A DNA stretch of 41,558 bases from Solirubrobacterales bacterium (GTDB lineage: Bacteria > Actinomycetota > Thermoleophilia > Solirubrobacterales > 70-9), in NCBI GenBank assembly GCA_051954315.1, contig JBQCHW010000070.1, positions 1 to 41,558 of the forward strand, in the 5' to 3' direction. The stretch's first letter is position 1. The number at the start of each line of letters is the position of its first letter. A model generated the notes under the pieces. That model was not told the origin of the DNA. It saw only the letters and a program-made list of their open reading frames with translations, and ran no database searches. The position numbers and the translations under genes were made by a program. This document shows positions 9,106-17,972 of this stretch, in pieces.

Positions 9106-9163
9106 CGCCGTACTCCTGCCTCGAGTTGAGCCCCGGCTCACTCCGAATCTGAACGATTACCAA

Positions 9164-9185
9164 GGGCCGCCAGCGCTGGCGGCCC
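9164..9185. terminator. Hairpin between convergent genes (candidate bidirectional terminator)
   Basis: Perfect inverted repeat gggccgccagc/gctggcggccc with no spacer between the arms, located between the 3' ends at 9105 and 9215. Confidence 0.5.
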
Positions 9186-9214
9186 GTGGGTTGCCGGCAT
9201 TGCGCCCAACGGGG

Positions 9215-9898
9215 CTAGGAGACGAAGAGGGGGTTTCCGGCTTCGTCCTCCAATGTTCTCGTCCCTTCGACCATCACGCTGGTCGGGCACAGGAATCCTC
9301 CGCTGGTCTTACTGAGGCCGCTGCCTTCAGGCGTACTCCTGATGGTCGCGCGGGCATCTTCCGGGGTTGTGGTGAAGTCCGCCTTCATCGGGGTCGCCCG
9401 GCCGTATTTGCATTCGCCGATGGTTGTGCTGACGATGATGAATTCGAGGCTTTTCGGTTCCGCGGAACATTTGCCGCCTCGCATCTGCATTTCGTCGTTG
9501 TTCATCGTCGGCGTGGAGCGCAGGCAGACGGGGAGGACGGGTGTGACGCTGATGTTGCCGAGCACCGAGCTTGTGCACTCGTTCGCCGGCTCCGTCGCCG
9601 CTTTCGGGCCGGTCCCTCCGATGACCACACTCGTGAGTTCCCCTTCCACGGTGCCGCCCGAGTTTTTGATCACCGTTCCGGTCCCGGTCCCAGTGGTGCA
9701 TTCGAACAGCTTGGTGCCTTCTGTGGTGAGAATGCCTGTCGTACCGACCTGTGTCGCTTTGAGGTCTCCTGTGCCTACCGCCACCAGTCCGCCTCCGCTG
9801 TTTGTGAGTTGAGGGTCGTTCACCGCCGACGCGGTCGCCGGAAGCACGACCAGCGCCACCAAGACGGCCGAGCAGGTTAGAGCAAGTTTCCAATTCAT
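9215..9898 (-). CDS. Small secreted Cys-containing Thr/Gly-rich protein, family member P1
   Basis: ATG at 9898 lies 7 nt after AAGGAG; the listed start 9931 is less likely. Signal peptide ends ATASA. Six Cys are spaced as in P3 and P4, with shared blocks (ECT, NECT, C-LRSTPTMN, STTIGECKY, GGFLCP, PLFVS). Confidence 0.85.
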   Translation of the reverse strand: MNWKLALTCSAVLVALVVLPATASAVNDPQLTNSGGGLVAVGTGDLKATQVGTTGILTTEGTKLFECTTGTGTGTVIKNSGGTVEGELTSVVIGGTGPKAATEPANECTSSVLGNISVTPVLPVCLRSTPTMNNDEMQMRGGKCSAEPKSLEFIIVSTTIGECKYGRATPMKADFTTTPEDARATIRSTPEGSGLSKTSGGFLCPTSVMVEGTRTLEDEAGNPLFVS

Positions 9899-10051
9899 CG
9901 GTAACTCCTTTCGGAGGGCTGACCGAGGCAAAGCCCGGCGCCCTGAGATTCTTACTCAAACCTTTTGGAGCAAATATCGGCCCTTGTCAAAGACACCCTG
10001 GTTCGCAAAGCGTCGCCCGGCTGCCGCAAGGCACCCGGGCTGGAGTGGCTG

Positions 10052-11110
10052 ATGTATGTTCAGCGCAAGTTGCCAGGGGGAACTTCGCGAACCGCCCGCA
10101 TCGCTGGAATCGTCACCGCGGTTGTCGCCGTCTTCGCTGTCCTGGTCGCGACCGGCTCCTACACCGCCGGCATCGCCTTCTTCTTCTCTGTCCCGATCGG
10201 CCTCACCGCCTGGTGGTTCGGACCGCGGCCGGGTCTGGTTGTGGCGGTCGGCTGCCTGCTGCTGTTCGCGATCGCCGATCTCATCCACCCGATGCCGGAA
10301 TTCGCCCTCGCGGTCGTCATCCGCGGCGTCTTCTTCCTCGCCGTCGCGGCGGCGGTCTCCTGGATCGCCGAGCGGCTGCGGACGCTCGAGCACTCGGCCG
10401 AGGAACTCGAGGCGATCCGCGCCGCGCTGGCGCCGGCCGAGCTTCCCGACCTCGCGGATCTCGACGCCGCCGCGGCCTTCGTCCCCTCCGAGCTCGGGGT
10501 CTCCGGCGACTTCTACCTGCTGACCAACGGCCCCGACGGCTCGACCGTCGCGGTGGTCGGCGACGTCGTCGGCCACGGTCCCGCCGCCGCCCGCCTCGCC
10601 ACCTTCATCCGCGCCCGCTTCGCCGCCCTCGCCGCCAACACCAGCGACCCGGCGGAATTGCTGACCCTCGCCAACACCGCCCTCGCCGAGCGGCCGGGCC
10701 GCGGGAAGGAGCTGGTCAGTGCCCTCTGCGTGCGAATGCGCCCGGAAGAGGACAAGGTTTGCTGGGCGCGGGCCGGCCACCCGCCGCCGCTCTGCCTGCC
10801 GGGGCTGGAGGAGCTGCCGATCGATGGCGGCACCTTCCTGCTGGGGGTGGAGGAGCGTTTGGAGCTGGAGAACATCGAGTCGCCGCTGGAGCACAGCGAC
10901 GGGCTGGTCGTCTACACCGACGGCGCAACCGACGTGCGGCGGGGCAAGCAGGTGCTCGGCCTCGAGGGATTGCGGGGCGTGCTGGCGCCGCTGACCGGGC
11001 TGGGGGCGCGGGTGATCGTGGGTGAGGTGGAACGGGCGATCCTCGCCTGGGCTGACCGTCCGATCCGCGACGACCTCTGCCTGGTGGTGCTGAAGCCGGA
11101 GCGCGGGTGA
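10052..11110 (+). CDS. Membrane-bound PP2C/SpoIIE-family protein phosphatase
   Basis: ATG 10052 is preferred over TTG 9965, which would leave no promoter space for the divergent P1 gene. N-terminal TM helices. SpoIIE-type motifs GDFYLL...VAVVGDVVGHGPAAARLA and VVYTDGATD. Confidence 0.8.
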   Translation: MYVQRKLPGGTSRTARIAGIVTAVVAVFAVLVATGSYTAGIAFFFSVPIGLTAWWFGPRPGLVVAVGCLLLFAIADLIHPMPEFALAVVIRGVFFLAVAAAVSWIAERLRTLEHSAEELEAIRAALAPAELPDLADLDAAAAFVPSELGVSGDFYLLTNGPDGSTVAVVGDVVGHGPAAARLATFIRARFAALAANTSDPAELLTLANTALAERPGRGKELVSALCVRMRPEEDKVCWARAGHPPPLCLPGLEELPIDGGTFLLGVEERLELENIESPLEHSDGLVVYTDGATDVRRGKQVLGLEGLRGVLAPLTGLGARVIVGEVERAILAWADRPIRDDLCLVVLKPERG

Positions 11111-11215
11111 CAACAGTTTCCGGGTGCCAAAGGGCACTTATCCAACCGGGTACTCGCGGTTTCTTGACGTCAGAAATCTGACCGGTACAAAGGAGGAGCT
11201 TCATTATTTCTCCTG

Positions 11216-11264
11216 GCTCCCGAGGTGCCCTCACATATCCAGGACGTCTCGGGAGCTCCTTTTT
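11216..11264 (+). terminator. Hairpin plus T-tract in the 185-nt spacer upstream of the dehydrogenase gene
   Basis: 9-bp stem gctcccgag (11216-11224) / ctcgggagc (11248-11256) followed by tccttttt. Confidence 0.4.
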
Positions 11265-11295
11265 CCTGGCGGGCGCGACGCGATAGCGTCGAGGC

Positions 11296-12285
11296 GTGTT
11301 TGCACCCGCAGGCCAGTCCCCGGTGACGATCGCGGTGACGAACCGCCTGCCCGAGGCGGCGCTGGAGGCGCTGCGGGAGGCGGGTGAGTTGCGGCTGGAC
11401 GACCGCACCGAGGCGATCCCGCGCGAGGACCTGCTCGAGTTGGCCGGCGGCGCTGACGCGATCCTGACCCTGCTGCACGACCGGGTGGACGAGGAGCTGC
11501 TGGAGGCCGCCGGGCCGCAGCTGCGCTGCGTCGCCAACGTCGCCGTCGGCTACGACAACGTCGACGTCGAGGCGGCGGGGCGGCGCGGGGTGATTGTCAC
11601 CAACACGCCCGGGGTGCTCGACGACGCGACCGCCGACCTGACGATGGCGCTGATCCTGGCGGTGACGCGACGGGTCGTCGAGGGAGACCGGCTGATCCGC
11701 GCCGGCCGCCCGTGGACCTGGGGGATGTCGTTCATGCTCGGCGCCGGCGTGCGGGGCAAGGTGCTCGGAATCGTCGGCCTCGGCGGGATCGGCCGGCGGG
11801 TGGCGGAACGGGCTCGCGCCTTCGGGATGGAGATTGCTTACCACTCGCGCCATCCCGCTCCGGACGAGGTAGTCGCGGAGCTCGAGGCCGAGCGGCTGTC
11901 GCTCGACGAGCTGCTGGCTCGCGCCGACATCCTCAGCCTGCACTGCCCGCTGACGCCGGAGACGCGTCACCTGATCGGCGAGGCGGAGCTGGCGGCGATG
12001 AAGCCGAGCGCGGTGCTGATCAACGCCGCCCGCGGCCCGGTGGTCGACGAACCGGCGCTGGCGCGGGCGCTCGCAAAGGGGGAGATCGCCGCCGCGGGTC
12101 TCGACGTCTACGAGCACGAGCCGCGAGTCGAGCCGGCGCTGCTCGAGCTCGAGAACGTCGTCCTCGCCCCGCACCTCGGCTCGGCAACGGTCGAGACCCG
12201 CACGGCAATGGCCGAACTGGCGGCCCGCAACGCGATTTCTGTACTGCGCGGCGAAGGGCCATTGACGCCAGTAGCGCCACAATGA
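11296..12285 (+). CDS. D-isomer-specific 2-hydroxyacid dehydrogenase (glyoxylate/hydroxypyruvate reductase-like)
   Basis: NAD-binding GIVGLGGIGRRVAERA. Catalytic-region motifs INAARG and APHLGSAT. Confidence 0.88.
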   Translation: MFAPAGQSPVTIAVTNRLPEAALEALREAGELRLDDRTEAIPREDLLELAGGADAILTLLHDRVDEELLEAAGPQLRCVANVAVGYDNVDVEAAGRRGVIVTNTPGVLDDATADLTMALILAVTRRVVEGDRLIRAGRPWTWGMSFMLGAGVRGKVLGIVGLGGIGRRVAERARAFGMEIAYHSRHPAPDEVVAELEAERLSLDELLARADILSLHCPLTPETRHLIGEAELAAMKPSAVLINAARGPVVDEPALARALAKGEIAAAGLDVYEHEPRVEPALLELENVVLAPHLGSATVETRTAMAELAARNAISVLRGEGPLTPVAPQ

Positions 12286-12289
12286 ACGG

Positions 12290-13798
12290 GTGGAGCCCGT
12301 AGCTACCAAGCGGACCATCCGTCACCGGATCGGCGGCGAGGAGACGAGCGGCGCTTCTTCACGCACCTCGCCCGTCTACGACCCCGCCACGGGGGAGGTC
12401 CAGGCCGAGGTCGTGCTCGCCGAGCTGGGCGACGTCGACGCCGCGGTCGCCGCCGCGCGCGAGGCGTTCGCGGAGTGGTCGCAAGCTTCGCTCAGCCGCC
12501 GCGCCAAGATCATGTTCGCCTTCCGCGAGCTGCTGAATGAGAACGTCGAGCAGCTGGCGCGGATCGTCTCCTCCGAGCACGGCAAGGTGCTCGAGGACGC
12601 GAAGGGGGAGGTGCTGCGCGGGCTCGAGGTGGTCGAGTTCGCCTGCGGGATCCCGCACCTGATGAAGGGCGAGTTCTCCGACCAGGTCTCGACCACTGTC
12701 GACGCCTACTCCTTCCGCCAGCCGCTCGGGGTCTGCGCCGGGATCACCCCGTTCAACTTCCCGGCGATGGTGCCGATGTGGATGCATCCCGTCGCCATTG
12801 CCTGCGGCAACACGTTCGTGCTGAAGCCCTCGGAGCGCGACCCGTCCGCCTCGAACCTCGTCGCCGAGCTCTACGCCGAGGCGGGGCTGCCGGCCGGGGT
12901 CTTCAACGTCGTCCACGGCGACAAGGTCGCGGTCGACGCGCTGCTCGACCATCCCGACGTCGCCGGCGTCTCCTTCGTCGGCTCGACTCCGATCGCCCAG
13001 TACGTGCACGCCCGCGGGACCGAAAACCGCAAGCGGGTGCAGGCGCTCGGCGGGGCGAAGAACCACGCGGTGGTGATGCCCGGCGCCGACCTCGGCTACG
13101 CCGCCGACCAGCTGGCCGCCGCCGGCTTCGGGTCGGCCGGCCAGCGCTGCATGGCGATCTCGGTCGCGGTCGCGATCGGCGACGCCGGCGACGAGCTGGT
13201 CGATGAGGTGGCGCGGCGGGCGCGTGAGATCAAGGTCGGCCCCGGCCTCGAGCCCACCTCTGAAATGGGCCCGGTGGTGACGCCGCAGGCGCGCGAGCGG
13301 ATCGTCGACTACATCGGCCAGGGCGCCGAGGCGGGGGCGCGGCTGACCGTCGACGGGCGCGAGCTGGAGATGGACGGCGGCGGCTTCTGGGTCGGGCCGA
13401 CCCTGATCGACCAAGTCGAGCCGGAGATGTCGGTCTACCGCGACGAGATCTTCGGCCCGGTCCTCTCGGTCGTCCGCGGCGGCGGGCTCGACGAGGCGGT
13501 CGAGCTGATCAACCGCAACTCCTACGCCAACGGCGCCGCGATCTTCACCGGCTCCGGCTACGAGGCCCGCCGCTTCCAGCGCGAGGCCGAGATCGGGATG
13601 ATCGGCATCAACGTCCCGATCCCGGTGCCGATGGCCTTCTACTCGTTCGGCGGCTGGAAGGACTCGCTGTTCGGGGACCACCACATCCACGGCCCCGAGG
13701 GCGTCCGCTTCTACACCCGCGGGAAGGCGATCACCAGCAGGTGGCCGGCGACGCAGGCGCCCTCGGACGCCTCGATGCACTTCCCGACCTCAAACTGA
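12290..13798 (+). CDS. mmsA: CoA-acylating methylmalonate-semialdehyde dehydrogenase
   Basis: Aldehyde dehydrogenase fold with active-site GQRCMAIS and the MMSDH-type C-terminus FGGWKDSLFGDHHIHGPEGVRFYT. GTG start 5 nt after the upstream stop. Confidence 0.88.
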   Translation: MEPVATKRTIRHRIGGEETSGASSRTSPVYDPATGEVQAEVVLAELGDVDAAVAAAREAFAEWSQASLSRRAKIMFAFRELLNENVEQLARIVSSEHGKVLEDAKGEVLRGLEVVEFACGIPHLMKGEFSDQVSTTVDAYSFRQPLGVCAGITPFNFPAMVPMWMHPVAIACGNTFVLKPSERDPSASNLVAELYAEAGLPAGVFNVVHGDKVAVDALLDHPDVAGVSFVGSTPIAQYVHARGTENRKRVQALGGAKNHAVVMPGADLGYAADQLAAAGFGSAGQRCMAISVAVAIGDAGDELVDEVARRAREIKVGPGLEPTSEMGPVVTPQARERIVDYIGQGAEAGARLTVDGRELEMDGGGFWVGPTLIDQVEPEMSVYRDEIFGPVLSVVRGGGLDEAVELINRNSYANGAAIFTGSGYEARRFQREAEIGMIGINVPIPVPMAFYSFGGWKDSLFGDHHIHGPEGVRFYTRGKAITSRWPATQAPSDASMHFPTSN

Positions 13799-14476
13799 TC
13801 GCGGCGGCGTTCCCTCGATCCACTCGGCTCGGTCTCCCTCGACCTCCCGCTTCCAGATCGGCGCCTCAGCCTTGATCCGGTCGATCGCTTCGCGGGCGGC
13901 GGCGAAGGCGGGGCCGCGGTGGGCGGCGGCGACTACGACGATGACGCTCGGCTCGCCGAGTGGGACGGCGCCGGTGCGGTGCTCGGCGGCGGCGCCCTCG
14001 ATCTCATGGCGGGCGAGGATGTCGGCGAGGATCGCGACGATCTTCTCCTCGGCCATCGGCTCGTAGGCCTCGTAGTCGAGCCGCTCGACGTCGCGGGTGG
14101 TGCCCTGGAAGGTGACGATCGCGCCGGTGTGGCTGGTGGCGACGAGAGCGTTGAGGCGGTCGGCGGAGAGCGGTTCGGCGGTGACGCGGACGTGTGGACG
14201 CGACGCTCCCTCGCCGCGCTCGCCGGCGCCGCCGCTGACGGGCGGGATCAGCGCCAGCTCGTCGCCGGCCGAGAGCGTGGCGTCCTCGCCGACGTAGGAA
14301 CGGTTGACCGCCATCACCACCGGCATCGCCTCCAGCGCCGCGCCCAGCGGCTCGCTCTCGGCGGCGAGCGCCCGCAGCGCCTCGGCGACCGTCGCCCCCT
14401 CCGCGACCTCGACCTCGAGGCTGTCCCGCTCGGCCCGCTCGCGCAGGACCGCGAAGAGCCGTACTTGCAGCACCAT
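13790..14476 (-). CDS. moaE: Fused molybdopterin synthase MoaD-MoaE
   Basis: The N-terminal ~83 aa are MoaD-like and end in the conserved IPPVSGG. The rest is MoaE-like ([17 protein letters not shown]). It overlaps the mmsA 3' end by 9 nt (convergent). Confidence 0.85.
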   Translation of the reverse strand: MVLQVRLFAVLRERAERDSLEVEVAEGATVAEALRALAAESEPLGAALEAMPVVMAVNRSYVGEDATLSAGDELALIPPVSGGAGERGEGASRPHVRVTAEPLSADRLNALVATSHTGAIVTFQGTTRDVERLDYEAYEPMAEEKIVAILADILARHEIEGAAAEHRTGAVPLGEPSVIVVVAAAHRGPAFAAAREAIDRIKAEAPIWKREVEGDRAEWIEGTPPRSV

Positions 14477-14493
14477 CGCCTTATCCTAGGCCG

Positions 14494-14994
14494 ATGGACC
14501 GCCCCCCCGAGGCCGCCGGAGCCGGCGATCTGACCCACCTCGACGCGAGCGGCAACGCGCGGATGGTCGACGTCGGCGGCAAGCCGGCGACCGAGCGGAG
14601 GGCGCGAGCGGAGGTGACGGTGCGGATGTCGCCGGAGACCGCCGGCAAGGTGCTGGCCGGCGATGCGCCGAAGGGCGATGTGATCGGGACCGCGCGGCTG
14701 GCCGGGATCCAGGCGGCGAAGCGGACCGACGAGCTGATCCCGCTCGCCCACCAGCTGCCGCTCTCCCACGTAGATGTCAGGGTGGAGGTCGACGGCGCGA
14801 GCGGCGAGGCGCGGATCGAGGCCGAAGCGGCGACGGTCGCCGGCACCGGAGTGGAGATGGAGGCGCTGACCGCCTGCTCGGTCGCGGCGCTGACCCTCTA
14901 CGACATGGTCAAGGGCATCGAGCGCGGTGTCGTCATCGATGGGCTGCGCCTGCTGGAGAAGACGGGCGGCAAGCATGACTGGCGCGCCGAGTAG
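14494..14994 (+). CDS. moaC: Cyclic pyranopterin monophosphate synthase MoaC
   Basis: [24 protein letters not shown] and [10 protein letters not shown] motifs. 166 aa. Confidence 0.9.
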   Translation: MDRPPEAAGAGDLTHLDASGNARMVDVGGKPATERRARAEVTVRMSPETAGKVLAGDAPKGDVIGTARLAGIQAAKRTDELIPLAHQLPLSHVDVRVEVDGASGEARIEAEAATVAGTGVEMEALTACSVAALTLYDMVKGIERGVVIDGLRLLEKTGGKHDWRAE

Positions 14995-15487
14995 CGAGCC
15001 GCCGCGGGCGGCGGTCGTCACCGTCAGCTCCTCGCGGGCGGAGGGCGGCGGCAGCGACGAGTCCGGCGACGCGCTGGTCTCCTTCGTGGAAGAAATGGAG
15101 GGAGAGGTTGTCGCGCGCGAGCTGATTCCAGACGTGCGATCCGAAATCGAAGCCGTGCTGAAGCGGCTGGCCGCAAGTGAATCTTGTGACCTGATCCTCA
15201 CCACCGGCGGCACCGGCTTCGCCGCCTCCGACGTCACCCCGGAGGCAACCGAGGCGGTGATCGAGCGGCGGGCACCGGGAATCGCCGAGGCGATGCGCGC
15301 CGCCTCGGCAGAGCACACCCACCACTGGATGCTCTCCCGCGCCGTCGCCGGCATCCGCGGCAGCACCTTGATTGTCAACTTCCCCGGCAACCCGAAGGCG
15401 ATCGCCGAGACCGCCGGCGCCCTGCGCCCGGCGCTGCCCCACGCCGTCTCGCTCCTGCGCGGAGCGCCGACCGCGCACCGCGCGTGA
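14975..15487 (+). CDS. moaB: MoaB/MogA-family molybdenum cofactor biosynthesis protein
   Basis: Start taken at internal ATG 14975 ([19 protein letters not shown]). Motifs [19 protein letters not shown] and PGNP. Overlaps the moaC end by 20 nt. Confidence 0.8.
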   Translation: MTGAPSSEPPRAAVVTVSSSRAEGGGSDESGDALVSFVEEMEGEVVARELIPDVRSEIEAVLKRLAASESCDLILTTGGTGFAASDVTPEATEAVIERRAPGIAEAMRAASAEHTHHWMLSRAVAGIRGSTLIVNFPGNPKAIAETAGALRPALPHAVSLLRGAPTAHRA

Positions 15488-16815
15488 GCGAGCGGCGGGC
15501 GCCGGAGGCGAGGCGCGAGGAGCCGTTGGCGCCGGAGGCGGCGCGCGAGCGGGTGCTGGCCGAGGTGATCCGGCTCGACGCCGAGCCGGTGGGCCTGGAG
15601 GACTGCCTCGGCCGGGTCACCGCCACCGAGGTGAAGAGCCCGATTTCGTTGCAGCCTTTCGACAACTCGGCAATGGACGGCTACGCCCTCCGCGCCGCCG
15701 ACACCGAAGGAGACCAACCCCGCCTGCGCCTGGTCGGCGAGTCGCGCGCCGGCCACCCGGCCGAGGTAGCGGTGGAGGAGGGCGAGGCGATCTGGATCTC
15801 GACCGGCGCGATGCTCCCCGAGGGCGCCGACGCGGTGCTGCCGGTCGAGGACACGAGCGAGGAGGACGGCGAGGGGCAGCAGCACGGGGAGGCCCGGCTC
15901 GTGCTGCCGGCCCGCCCGGCGCGCGAGGGGGAGAACATCCGCCGCGCCGGCGAGGACGTCCAGGCGGGCGACGTCCTGATCCCGGCCGGCAGGCAGCTGC
16001 ACGCCGCCGAGGTAGCGGTCCTGGCCGCCGCCGGCATCGCCGAAATCGAATGCGCCCAGCGCCCGCGCGTGGCGATCCTCGGCAGCGGCGACGAGCTGAT
16101 CCCACCCGGCCAGCCCCTGGGCCCGGGCCAGATCCACGACTCCAACACCTACGCCCTCTCCGCCCTGGTCCGAGAAGCCGGCGCCGAGGTGGCCCACGTA
16201 GCCCACCTCCCCGACGACCCCGTCGCAACCCGCCAAGCCTTCGCCGCCGCCCTCTCTCCCGAACTGCATCAACTTGACCACCCAGCAGATGGTCAAGTTG
16301 ATGCAGTTCGGGCTCCGGACGTTCTGATCGTCGCCGGCGGGGTGTCGGTCGGGCGGCACGATCACGTCAAGGGGGCGCTCACGGACCTGGGGGTCGAAGA
16401 GCGGTTCTGGCGGGTGGCGCTGCGACCGGGGGGGCCGACCTGGTTCGGCGTGCTCCCTCGCGAGGACGGTCGTCCGACCCTCGTCTTCGGCCTGCCCGGC
16501 AACCCGGTCTCGGCGATGGTCACCTTCCACCTCTTCGCCAAACCGGCCCTTCGCGCCCTCGCCGGTCTCGACTTGAACTCCGCCCGCACCCGGGCCACCC
16601 TCGCCGCCGCCTACCGCAAGAAGCCCGGCAAGGCTCACTACCTCCGCTGCCGCCTCGAGCTCACCGATGGCGGCTGGTGCGCCCACCTCACCCGCGAGAC
16701 TCAGGGCTCCCACGTGCTTACCTCGATGCTCGCCGCCGACGCCCTCGCCCTGATACCCGCCGACCGCGAGGAGATCCCCGCCGGCGAGCAGGTCGAGGTC
16801 GAGCTGTTGCGTTGA
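15484..16815 (+). CDS. moeA: Molybdopterin molybdotransferase MoeA (carries an in-frame palindromic insertion)
   Basis: Motifs FDNSAMDGYALRA, AGGVSVGRHDH and GLPGNPVSAMVTF. GTGA overlap with moaB. Confidence 0.9.
   Translation: MSERRAPEARREEPLAPEAARERVLAEVIRLDAEPVGLEDCLGRVTATEVKSPISLQPFDNSAMDGYALRAADTEGDQPRLRLVGESRAGHPAEVAVEEGEAIWISTGAMLPEGADAVLPVEDTSEEDGEGQQHGEARLVLPARPAREGENIRRAGEDVQAGDVLIPAGRQLHAAEVAVLAAAGIAEIECAQRPRVAILGSGDELIPPGQPLGPGQIHDSNTYALSALVREAGAEVAHVAHLPDDPVATRQAFAAALSPELHQLDHPADGQVDAVRAPDVLIVAGGVSVGRHDHVKGALTDLGVEERFWRVALRPGGPTWFGVLPREDGRPTLVFGLPGNPVSAMVTFHLFAKPALRALAGLDLNSARTRATLAAAYRKKPGKAHYLRCRLELTDGGWCAHLTRETQGSHVLTSMLAADALALIPADREEIPAGEQVEVELLR
16258..16312. repeat. Perfect 22-bp-stem inverted repeat (11-nt loop) inside moeA; possible miniature palindromic insertion
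   Basis: cccgaactgcatcaacttgacc (16258-16279) / ggtcaagttgatgcagttcggg (16291-16312). The 19-nt core arm has 9 G+C, against ~70% GC around it. It is translated in frame as PELHQLDHPADGQVDAVR. Confidence 0.8.
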
Positions 16816-16824
16816 GGCTGGCGT

Positions 16825-17379
16825 CTAGGACGCGGCCTGGCCGACCGCGAACGCAAGTCGGGCGTGGAGCTCGGCGGCTTGCTCGGGCGACATCACCGGT
16901 CGCCGGCGCGAGAAGTACCACCGCAGGCTGCGCGCCGGCATGATCATCACCCCACGCCGCTTCGCCGGCACCTTCTCGACGATGTATGCCTGGCTGAAGA
17001 CGAGCAGCGCTTCCACCTTCATCCCGGTGATCGTCTCCAGCGTTTTCTTCTCCGCGTAAGCCTGGTTCAGCATCTTCGGCTCGAGGTGCGCGAGCCAGAC
17101 CTTGCCGGCGCGGCTCTTGGTCTCGATCGAGTAGATGCCACCCGGACCGACCACGATGTGGTCGATGTTGCCGCGGCCGAAGGAGACGTCGTGGATGACG
17201 TGCCAGCCATCCGCGGCGAGGGTTTCGAGGATGCCGCCAACCACTTCCTCCCCCTCCGCGCCCTGCGCCCAGTTGCCGTAGTCGCGCTTGAAGCTGCCGC
17301 CCAGGAAGCGCTTCCAGGACCGTGCCTTTGCCTGGGCCCGAACATGCTGCCCTGCGACTCGTCTCGTGCCCGACTCCAT
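16825..17379 (-). CDS. NERD (nuclease-related domain) protein
   Basis: GAEGEEVVGGILETL..DGWHVIHDV....GNIDHIVVGPGGIYSIETKSRAGKV matches the NERD pattern (GE, D.iDHivi, ExK). Confidence 0.8.
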   Translation of the reverse strand: MESGTRRVAGQHVRAQAKARSWKRFLGGSFKRDYGNWAQGAEGEEVVGGILETLAADGWHVIHDVSFGRGNIDHIVVGPGGIYSIETKSRAGKVWLAHLEPKMLNQAYAEKKTLETITGMKVEALLVFSQAYIVEKVPAKRRGVMIMPARSLRWYFSRRRPVMSPEQAAELHARLAFAVGQAAS

Positions 17380-17456
17380 ATCTAGCCGTACCTATCGGTC
17401 CCGCACGCGACGGCCTGAGCGGAGCAAGCGAATGTTCGGTCTGATGGAGTAGCGGC

Positions 17457-17972
17457 ATGGAGCTGCTCGAGACCAAGCCCCTGCACGAGGGCAAGCACGT
17501 CGACTTCGTCGCCAAGCGCTACCGGCACGCCGACGGCAGCGAGGTGGAGCGGGAGATCGTCGAGCATCCGGGGTCGGTGGCGGTCCTGGCGCACGACGAC
17601 GAGTTCGCCTACCTGGTGGCGCAGCCGCGGGAGGCGGTGGAGGAGGAAGAGCTGCTGGAGATCCCGGCCGGGACGCTCGACCACGAGGGGGAGAGCGAGC
17701 TCGAGTGCGCGCAGCGGGAGCTGGCCGAGGAGGCGGAGCTGCGGGCGGAGGAGTGGAGCGTGCTGCACGTCATCTATCCCAGCCCGGGCTTCCTCACCGA
17801 GAAGGTGACGATCTTCGAGGCGACGGGCCTCTCGCCGGCGAGCGGGGAGCGGGACGAGGACGAGGAGATCGAGATCGTCCGCCTCGACCTCGCCCAGCTC
17901 GACGAGGCGCTGCCCCAGATCCGCGACGCCACCACGGTGATCGCCCTGCAGTACCTGCAGCGCCGGCGCTAG
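17457..17972 (+). CDS. NUDIX hydrolase (ADP-ribose pyrophosphatase-like)
   Basis: Nudix box core GESELECAQRELAEEAEL. 171 aa. Confidence 0.85.
   Translation: MELLETKPLHEGKHVDFVAKRYRHADGSEVEREIVEHPGSVAVLAHDDEFAYLVAQPREAVEEEELLEIPAGTLDHEGESELECAQRELAEEAELRAEEWSVLHVIYPSPGFLTEKVTIFEATGLSPASGERDEDEEIEIVRLDLAQLDEALPQIRDATTVIALQYLQRRR

Noticed and set aside
11160-11215. Minus-strand ATG with a GGAG box (MKLLLCTGQISDVKKPRV...) in the 11.1-11.3 kb spacer.
   Set aside because: The frame runs antisense through the phosphatase gene for ~165 codons and gives an Arg/Pro/Ala-rich product. It is most likely a chance ORF.
14314-16713. Very long ORFs antisense or out of frame to confident genes. Examples: 14314-16713(-), 7432-9141(-), 12359-13780(-), 25212-27101(-), 17705-19744(+), 33701-35530(+), 6084-7148(-), 4779-5642(-), 21778-23088(+), 21671-22735(-), 31871-32806(-), 10045-11025(+).
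   Set aside because: These are typical shadow ORFs of high-GC DNA. Their products are Arg/Gly/Pro/Ala-rich low-complexity sequence with no motifs, and they overlap genes that have clear family signatures.
17969-17972. Convergent Nudix and sigma-factor genes share a CTAG, so their stop codons overlap by 4 nt.
   Set aside because: This is common compact gene packing in high-GC genomes, and there is no evidence of functional significance.
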